Assembly (NCBI GenBank): GCA_036170915.1
Contig: JAVHQC010000017.1
Coordinates: forward strand, 1 to 64,000
DNA: 64,000 bases
From: Cyanobacteria bacterium auto_48_18
GTDB lineage: Bacteria; Cyanobacteriota; Vampirovibrionia; Obscuribacterales; Obscuribacteraceae
Reading direction: 5' to 3'
Every line of letters begins with the position of its first letter. Position 1 is the first letter of the stretch. Made by a program: the position numbers and the translations under genes. Under the pieces are notes generated by a model, which saw nothing but the letters and a program-made list of their open reading frames with translations, had not been told where the DNA came from and did not search any database. Of the stretch, positions 57,548 through 64,000 are shown in pieces.

Positions 57548-58933
57548 GTGAGTAGAGCAGAAGTCGTTTGCATCGGCACCGAGCTTCTGCTTGGTGATGT
57601 ACTTGATACCAACTCGCAATTTTTGGCTCAGCAACTAGCATTGCTGGGCCTTGACTGCTTTTATAGGGTCACTGTCGGTGACAATCCTGAACGCATCAAA
57701 GCCTGCATGAAAGAGGCTCTGAGCCGCTCTGATGTGCTTATCACTTCCGGCGGTCTTGGGCCTACAGCTGATGATTTAACCACTGAATGTCTGGCTCAGC
57801 TTTTTGGTGCCCCGTTAGAGACAGATCAAGAATTGCTCGCTTTTATCACAGGCCTCTTTGCCGCTCGCGGTTTTGCCATGCCCGAGTCAAATAAAAAGCA
57901 AGCCTTGCGCCCGCATGGTGCCGATATTTTGCCCAATCCGGTGGGGTCTGCGCCTGGTGTTGTCTGGCGGCTCAGTGACGAAAATTTGGCTTACGCCGGC
58001 ATTACCCCAGGCGATAAAGTAAAAACTGTTTTGACTTTTCCTGGTGTGCCATCAGAACTTAAAGCAATGTGGCAGGGCACTGCTTATGACTATCTGGCGA
58101 AGAATTATGCCGCCAGCACTATCTGGTCGCAAGAGTTAAAACATTTTGGCATCGGTGAATCGGCTCTGGCAGAGATGTTTGCCCATTTGCTCGACCTGGC
58201 TAATCCAACTGTGGCACCATATGCCGGCCGCTGGGAATGTCGTTTGCGCGTTGCCGCCAAAGCTGAAACACAAGCAGCTGCCAGAGCTCTGGCGCAGCCT
58301 GTGATTGACGAAATCAAAAATAAAAGCGGAGTTAAATGCTACGGCGTCGATACTGAGACCCTGGAATCTACAGTTGGTGCTCTTCTGACAGAGAAGGGCC
58401 TCACTCTGGCAACAGCAGAATCATGCACAGGAGGCCTCGTAAGCGAAAGGCTGACTGATGTTGCCGGCAGCTCCAAATATATTATGCTCAACGCCGTCAC
58501 TTACAGCGATCGCTCAAAGCAAGAATTGCTGGGAGTAGACGCCGCCCTGCTAAAAGAGTTTGGCGCGGTCAGCGCTCAGTGTGCCGAAGCTATGGCCCAC
58601 GGAATGCGCAAATTATCGGGCTGCGATCTGGCCTTAAGTGTGACCGGCATTGCCGGCCCGGACGGCGGCAATGATGAAAAACCAGTGGGAACGGTTTATA
58701 TTGGTTTATCGGCCGCAGGCACTGCCGAAAGTGGTGGAGCTCCACTTTATTTCGGCCGTACATTGAAGCTGGGAGCCCGTCTGCCACGTGCCGAAGTAAG
58801 ATGGCGCACGGCCAATGAAGCACTAAATATGGTGCGGCTTTATTTGATCGATGCGGCCGAATTTGGTCGTGAAATCGCCGCTCAATCGAATCTTTCATCA
58901 CAGGTGCCACAAGCCCTGCCCAAATACCTTTAG
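57548..58933 (+). CDS. cinA: Competence/damage-inducible protein CinA
   Basis: GTELLLG..DTN, GGLGPTADD, PGVPSE, AESCTGG, TGIAGPDGG..KPVG. Confidence 0.96.
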   Translation: MSRAEVVCIGTELLLGDVLDTNSQFLAQQLALLGLDCFYRVTVGDNPERIKACMKEALSRSDVLITSGGLGPTADDLTTECLAQLFGAPLETDQELLAFITGLFAARGFAMPESNKKQALRPHGADILPNPVGSAPGVVWRLSDENLAYAGITPGDKVKTVLTFPGVPSELKAMWQGTAYDYLAKNYAASTIWSQELKHFGIGESALAEMFAHLLDLANPTVAPYAGRWECRLRVAAKAETQAAARALAQPVIDEIKNKSGVKCYGVDTETLESTVGALLTEKGLTLATAESCTGGLVSERLTDVAGSSKYIMLNAVTYSDRSKQELLGVDAALLKEFGAVSAQCAEAMAHGMRKLSGCDLALSVTGIAGPDGGNDEKPVGTVYIGLSAAGTAESGGAPLYFGRTLKLGARLPRAEVRWRTANEALNMVRLYLIDAAEFGREIAAQSNLSSQVPQALPKYL

Positions 58934-59102
58934 ATTAGAATCGAATAGATTAATATTGAATAGAACTAATTCCTGGCCGGTTTTTAAACTAAGATTATCC
59001 CGGTAACAATCTGGGTAATATTGATGTTGGCAGGATTGTGACACCGGAGACCTATTTTCTGTTTATCAGTCAGTTTGAATGTTTTATAAAACCTGAGTAA
59101 AT

Positions 59103-59816
59103 ATGGCGCAGCTTCCTAATCAACAACCCGACAGAACTTTTGTCAGAGACGGCATTTTTCACCGCAGTCTTTCTAATGTGCGAAACTCGGTTTTCACCGA
59201 CGCCAGAAATAAAGAGGCAGGAGAAAATGGTCAGTCAACGCCTAAAGAAGATGTTTTCTCGCACATGCGCGACGATGACGAACATCTAATCAGCGAAGAT
59301 GATCTCGAGCTGATTGCCTTTTTTGAGGGCCTTCCCGGCTGTTATAACTTCCGTTATTTAATGCGGCGCCTGTCTCGTGAGCTTAAGCGCTCTAAGCGTT
59401 ACAATCGCCCGACCACGGTAGTAATCGTCGGCATTGATGGTTTTGAGAACGTAGAGCCTAATTACGGTGAGCTGGCCGGTGATACTGTGGTCTTTTCTGT
59501 AATTCAATTTTTGCTCGATGGCATCAGGTCTGATGTGGACATGGCCGCGCGTTTATCTGACGACCGTTACATTCTGGTTTTGCCCGAGACGCCAGGGCGT
59601 GGTGCCGCCATTCTCTGCGATCGTCTGCGCAAAAAATTCGAATCGGTGGAGCTGAAGCATAATTGGCACCGCATTCCGGTGACACTCAGTTTTGGCATTG
59701 GTTATTATCCAATCCACGGCGAAGATCCACGCGAGTTAATTGCCCGTGCCGACTTGGCCTGCGAATTTGTGCAGCAGCGCGGCGGCAATGGTTTCGCCTA
59801 CGCCCCTGAAGGCTAA
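59103..59816 (+). CDS. Degenerate GGDEF-domain protein
   Basis: GGDEF fold motifs, but the active site reads RLSDDRY. Confidence 0.85.
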   Translation: MAQLPNQQPDRTFVRDGIFHRSLSNVRNSVFTDARNKEAGENGQSTPKEDVFSHMRDDDEHLISEDDLELIAFFEGLPGCYNFRYLMRRLSRELKRSKRYNRPTTVVIVGIDGFENVEPNYGELAGDTVVFSVIQFLLDGIRSDVDMAARLSDDRYILVLPETPGRGAAILCDRLRKKFESVELKHNWHRIPVTLSFGIGYYPIHGEDPRELIARADLACEFVQQRGGNGFAYAPEG

Positions 59817-59823
59817 AGAGCAA

Positions 59824-60816
59824 TCAAACTTTTTGCTTTAGGGTTTGTTCAATGTTTGCTAGAGTCTTAGCGAATAATTCTGGCCGCGCATCCGCCACGG
59901 TGAGAAATTCGAGCAAGCTATTGAGATCGGCTAATCGCGACAGTTGTCGCCAATTTTCTGGTAATTTCGCGTCGTCTTTTGCAGCATTCTGGTAAGCGGC
60001 AATAAAAGCCGTGCTCATGCCCGGATATTTTTCTTCGTTGCGCAAAAAATTTCCCACGTCAAATAGTGCAGTGCCTGCGTGAGCGAATTCCCAATCAAGA
60101 ACGGCGCTGACGCACCATCTGTCTCTATTTTCAGTAACCAGAATATTGAGAGCATTAAAGTCGCCATGTACTAATGACGCTTCTTGGCCGGCCAAATATC
60201 GATTTAAATGTGGAGCCGCTGCATCAACATATTCACTTAAATGCTCGTGTAAAGCAGCTCCCAGTCGCTCTTTCACTAGCGAATTAGTCAGGCATGTGCG
60301 TAAATATGCTGAGGCGTCGTCTGCAAATGTTTGCTCGATTTTCAAGTCGGCGGCAAAAAATCCAGCTCTGGCAAACTTATAAGAGCCAATGGCCGCAAGC
60401 GTTTCCCCCACCGCTGCCATGACGTCAGTTAAATAGGCCTTTGATTTGAGATATTTGCCACCATCAAGAAGTTGTTGCAGAAGAATGCCTTCGCACCACT
60501 TCAAAATCGCGTAAGGTCTGGCATTGTCATCACTAGTAGTGCCCACGTGCAATACATCGGCTACAGGAACAGTGGCTGCCACTAGGTTGATTACGTCTTC
60601 TTCGACTTTATTGCGGTCACTTTCTGTCGGCCCTTGCTGCCCGTACAGGCGCAGTAAGATGTTTTTACCGTTGTCGAGAGTGACTTTGTAATTGCTGTTG
60701 ATGGCACCGTGAGTCATTAGTTCAAAGTCGACTACGGTGCTTGTCATAGCAGGCCTAATGAGACTTTTAATCTGCTCGAGATCCAGTTCGATTATTGGGC
60801 AACGGCGTTGAGTCAC
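59824..60816 (-). CDS. Aminoglycoside phosphotransferase (APH)-family kinase
   Basis: HGAINSNY, LVHGDFNALNIL, AVLDWE. Confidence 0.88.
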   Translation of the reverse strand: MTQRRCPIIELDLEQIKSLIRPAMTSTVVDFELMTHGAINSNYKVTLDNGKNILLRLYGQQGPTESDRNKVEEDVINLVAATVPVADVLHVGTTSDDNARPYAILKWCEGILLQQLLDGGKYLKSKAYLTDVMAAVGETLAAIGSYKFARAGFFAADLKIEQTFADDASAYLRTCLTNSLVKERLGAALHEHLSEYVDAAAPHLNRYLAGQEASLVHGDFNALNILVTENRDRWCVSAVLDWEFAHAGTALFDVGNFLRNEEKYPGMSTAFIAAYQNAAKDDAKLPENWRQLSRLADLNSLLEFLTVADARPELFAKTLANIEQTLKQKV

Positions 60817-60852
60817 TTAACTTCCTTAGTTGAGCGCTCAATTTTACCTCGC

Positions 60853-61638
60853 CTAGTACTTAAGGCGTGGGTCACCTTCAACAATAGTGAAGCTGGGCAG
60901 GTTATCTGTTTGCTTAGCGATCACTTCAAAGGCCGGGTTTTTAGTGGCACCACCATAAGCTGCTTTTTCTTTAGCAGTTAAGGCTTCCGTGCGCATCATC
61001 TGGTAGCTCCACTCGGTGGGCTTGGCTAGTTCTGCAGCCTTCTGGTCTCTGATGACAAAGCTATCTGTGGGCTTAATGGGCTCGATGTATGGTTTTGTTT
61101 TTACCAGGTCACCGCCCACGTTGCGCGCCTCTTCCTTACTCACTTCTTTGAGCAGAGCCTGAAAATCTTCAGGTTTCATGCTCTTGCCGGCCTGGCGCAA
61201 TTCTTCTGCAGCTGCATGTGTGTCACCGTTATCCATACGGCGAGCGATATGGATCGCCTGGTTTTTCATTTCGCTTACAGCTTCGATTTTTTTCATGCCG
61301 GGCTCTGTTTGCGCAACATACAGGGGTGCTGCGTGCCAGACTGAATCTCCCAGCGGACGATCTTTAGTGGTCAACTGCACATAAAACTGATTAGCCAGTT
61401 TTGGATTCTCGCGTATAGCCGCAGTTGATGCAGAGGCTACTTGCAGGTCTGCGCCTTCACCTTTGGTCTCACCGTTTCTTATAGCTACAATCAATTGACG
61501 CTTTTCGTCTGCGGTCATAGTGGTAGAAGCAAATTCTTTTCTCAGCATTTCAGCTGCTTTTTGCGCGTGGTCATCGCCTGATTGATCCATCTCTTTGACG
61601 ATTTCGCGGGCTTTTTGTTCGATGTCGTTATTTTTCAT
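60853..61638 (-). CDS. Hypothetical protein with a duplicated helical unit
   Basis: ATG 61638 with AAGGCGG RBS-like site; two similar segments (A..I...MD.G....AAE.LR...MxADE/MKPED). Confidence 0.65.
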   Translation of the reverse strand: MKNNDIEQKAREIVKEMDQSGDDHAQKAAEMLRKEFASTTMTADEKRQLIVAIRNGETKGEGADLQVASASTAAIRENPKLANQFYVQLTTKDRPLGDSVWHAAPLYVAQTEPGMKKIEAVSEMKNQAIHIARRMDNGDTHAAAEELRQAGKSMKPEDFQALLKEVSKEEARNVGGDLVKTKPYIEPIKPTDSFVIRDQKAAELAKPTEWSYQMMRTEALTAKEKAAYGGATKNPAFEVIAKQTDNLPSFTIVEGDPRLKY

Positions 61639-61759
61639 TTCTTGGCCGCCTTGGTGGGGGAATGGGTTTGTGACTTTGAGATTACGGCGGCAAAATAACA
61701 TCCACATGACATTTGTGAGATTTCTCAAATGTCGGCTTGAGTTTCCCCATGGCTGGCCA

Positions 61760-61789
61760 TTGACGATTACTAGCCGACTCGTCTATTAT
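61760..61789 (+). promoter_or_regulatory. Sigma70-like promoter with TetR operator-like palindrome
   Basis: TTGACG (61760)-N18-TATTAT (61784); near-palindrome TAGCCGACTCGTCTA (61771-61785). Confidence 0.55.
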
Positions 61790-61819
61790 AGAACTACACA
61801 CAATGCTGGGAGAGTGCTA

Positions 61820-62419
61820 ATGGCCAGGCAAACAGGTACGAAAGAAGTGACGAAGACGGCTTTACTAGAAGCCGGCACACGCATCATGTTGACGAAAGGC
61901 TACAACAACACCGGCATTCAAGAAGTGCTCGAGGCCACAGGGGTGCCCAAAGGCTCGTTCTACTACTATTTTGACAGCAAGGAAGATTTTGCTCTGCAAA
62001 TCATTGACCATTTTGATTCTACTTATGCTGAAACTCTCAAGCATTTCCTTGATGATAAAAAACTCAATGCCCTTGAGCGTCTCAAGGCTTATTGCAATGA
62101 GGGCCGTAAGGCTCTAAAAGAAAATCAGTGCCGCAATGGTTGTTTAATAGGCAACCTTTCGCAGGAAATGTCTGATCAATCAGAAGTGCTCAGAGCCAAG
62201 CTTGAAGAAGTATTGACCCGCTGGCGCAATCGTTTCGCTTCAGTAATTAAAGAAGGTCAGGAAAGCAAATTGATAAGCAATCAATTTGATCATGTGGTGA
62301 TGGCTGAATTCTTCCAGAGCGGTTGGCATGGCGCCATTTTGCGCGCTAAGACCACAAAGACCACTGTGCCTCTAGATTCATTTATGACTTTGATGTTCGA
62401 CAAAGTGATGAAACCGTAA
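61820..62419 (+). CDS. TetR/AcrR family regulator (NemR-like)
   Basis: KGYNNTGIQEVL..GVPKGSFYYYFDSKE, GCLIGNL. Confidence 0.93.
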   Translation: MARQTGTKEVTKTALLEAGTRIMLTKGYNNTGIQEVLEATGVPKGSFYYYFDSKEDFALQIIDHFDSTYAETLKHFLDDKKLNALERLKAYCNEGRKALKENQCRNGCLIGNLSQEMSDQSEVLRAKLEEVLTRWRNRFASVIKEGQESKLISNQFDHVVMAEFFQSGWHGAILRAKTTKTTVPLDSFMTLMFDKVMKP

Positions 62420-62437
62420 GCACGGTCAGCTCTTAAT

Positions 62438-63526
62438 TTAAACAATCAGCATGGCGTCGCCATAACTATAAAAGCGATATTTCTCGGCAATCGCTTCTTT
62501 ATATGCGCGCATAATCAAGTCTCGCCCAGCAAGTGCCGCAACCAGCACCAGCAAGCTCGAGCGACTGAGATGGAAATTAGTAATCATGCCGTCGGCCACC
62601 GCAAATTTGTGACCAGGTTGAATGTAGAGGGCGGTTTTTTGATCGTCTGCGGTTTGTACAAAACCACTGGCTCCGGCAGTTTCAATGGTGCGCAGACTTG
62701 TGGTACCAACAGCTATCACTCGCCGCCCCTCTTTTTTTGCCGAGTTAATTGCATCAGCTGCCTTTTGCGAAACAGTGTAAGACTCTTCTTCTATGGTGTG
62801 AGTGTGCAGGTCTTCTTCGATTGGCTTAAACGTTCCAGCCCCCACGTGCAAAGTAACTGTTGTCAGTTCAATACCGGCCGCTTCCAGGGCTGATAGTACA
62901 GCGGGCGTGAAGTGCAGGCCGGCGGTAGGTGCTGCAACCGCCCCTGGTGCCTGAGCAAACACAGTTTGATATTGAAAGAGGTCTTCCTGGCGATGCGTCG
63001 GTTTATCTTCGCGATAGTCTCTGCTGATATATGGCGGCAGCGGCGCGAAACCTACCCGACTGAGCAAATTGTAGACATTTTCAGGCGGGCCTAAATCTAC
63101 CAGTAATCTTTTAAAGCCGTCGGCACCTATGACAATGTCTTTGACTGTGATTATGCTGGGTTCGCTGCCATCTTCGCTTGCCACCAAAAGCTCTTGCCCC
63201 GGTTTAAGACGCTTAATCGGCGTCACCATGGCTTCCCAGATAGAGACATTGCGACTTTGAGGCTTCAATAATAAAAGCTTGACTGTGCCGCCTGATTTGC
63301 GTGTAGCAATCAGGCGTGAGGGCAAAACTTTGGTGTCATTGACCACCAACAAATCACCTTTTTGCAAAAGCTCAGGCAACTGGAAAAACTGCTTGTGAGC
63401 CAGTTCACCGCTGTGCCTGTTTACCACCAGCAGCCTTGACTGGTCTTTATTTTCCAGGGGCTTCTGCGCGATTAGAGCCGGGTCTAAATCGTATTCGAAG
63501 TCATGAATGGTAAGTGTCTCGGCCAC
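62438..63526 (-). CDS. queA: S-adenosylmethionine:tRNA ribosyltransferase-isomerase
   Basis: IAQ.P, NDTKV, PLPPYI, AAPTAGLHF, VGTTSLR, TNFH, YRFYSYGDAM. Confidence 0.97.
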   Translation of the reverse strand: MAETLTIHDFEYDLDPALIAQKPLENKDQSRLLVVNRHSGELAHKQFFQLPELLQKGDLLVVNDTKVLPSRLIATRKSGGTVKLLLLKPQSRNVSIWEAMVTPIKRLKPGQELLVASEDGSEPSIITVKDIVIGADGFKRLLVDLGPPENVYNLLSRVGFAPLPPYISRDYREDKPTHRQEDLFQYQTVFAQAPGAVAAPTAGLHFTPAVLSALEAAGIELTTVTLHVGAGTFKPIEEDLHTHTIEEESYTVSQKAADAINSAKKEGRRVIAVGTTSLRTIETAGASGFVQTADDQKTALYIQPGHKFAVADGMITNFHLSRSSLLVLVAALAGRDLIMRAYKEAIAEKYRFYSYGDAMLIV

Positions 63527-63598
63527 GGAAATCTCTTTCTATAAGCTCTTATCTTGATTGCTTAGTATAGTCTGCTCTGGTCGGCTATAGTCTTTACC

Positions 63599-64000
63599 AT
63601 GAGTTTGAAAGAAACAGTCTTAGCAATTGGCGGCGAGCTTGGCTTTCATCAGGTGCAAATCGGTTCAATCGCGCCGATGACTCAGGCCGCAGACCATTAT
63701 CAGCAGTGGCTTGATAACGGTTACGCTGCCGACATGGAATATTTGAAACGGGATCCGGCGCGACGCAGCGACCCGGCTAAAACGTTCGAGCCGGCAAAAA
63801 GCGTAATTATAGTTTCGGTGAGTTACTACAGTGTGCCGCCGCCGCCGCCCCCGGGCAGTTACGGCCGCGTGGCCCGCTACGCCGTGGGCCAAGATTATCA
63901 CACCGTAATTCGCAAGAAGCTCGGCGATTTTTGTGCACTGCTTGAAAAAGAAGCGGGCAGGCCCATTGCCGCCAGGTCCGTAACCGATGACGCCGCCCTT
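63599..64000 (+). CDS. queG: Epoxyqueuosine reductase, 5' part (runs off window)
   Basis: Hand translation: WLDNGYAADMEYL..R.DP...AKSVI...GRVARYAVGQDYH; divergent from queA. Confidence 0.88.
   Translation, partial: MSLKETVLAIGGELGFHQVQIGSIAPMTQAADHYQQWLDNGYAADMEYLKRDPARRSDPAKTFEPAKSVIIVSVSYYSVPPPPPPGSYGRVARYAVGQDYHTVIRKKLGDFCALLEKEAGRPIAARSVTDDAAL

Noticed and set aside
59824..60816. Aminoglycoside resistance gene
   Set aside because: APH-fold motifs alone do not indicate substrate; core context and no recognisable resistance allele.
61595..61819. N-terminal extensions of the TetR and divergent ORFs
   Set aside because: They overlap each other and the promoter; better starts at 61820 (+) and 61638 (-).
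63720..64000. GC-rich end of window as a foreign segment
   Set aside because: The queG frame is continuous and a poly-Pro run contributes to the GC; the stretch is too short to judge.

Overview
The window has two parts. (1) About 1-21,696 is an integrated, mobilizable genomic island abutting the 3' end of an initiator tRNA-Met (21,697-21,773, minus strand). Its left end and integrase are not in the window. It carries a MOB(P)-type mobilization module: excisionase-like HTH, an oriT-like nested inverted-repeat region with an RP4-like nic motif, an RHH accessory protein, an HUH relaxase and a VirD4-like coupling protein. Left of oriT, in the predicted first-transferred (leading) region, are an ssb remnant and a GP88-family/RadC-JAB pair preceded by a hairpin with the geometry of an Frpo-type single-stranded-DNA promoter. 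Several defence-like cargo modules are present: a three-gene GIY-YIG-like/PIN/PD-(D/E)XK-like operon, an orphan AAA ATPase, a PRTase-like fusion, an RloA-RloB-PHP/ABC-ATPase operon and a metallophosphoesterase. (2) About 21,800-64,000 is core chromosome: dtd, tandem tmk-like genes, GDPD, GGDEF proteins, a TolC/MacAB-like exporter, an NDH-2-cNMP-CBS fusion, a two-component pair, Fd-type glutamate synthase-amtB, yggT, thiL, folD, cinA, queA and partial queG. Gene content and protein style suggest a non-photosynthetic Cyanobacteriota relative (Melainabacteria/Vampirovibrionia); this is inference only. All family calls come from motif recognition by eye; no searches were run.
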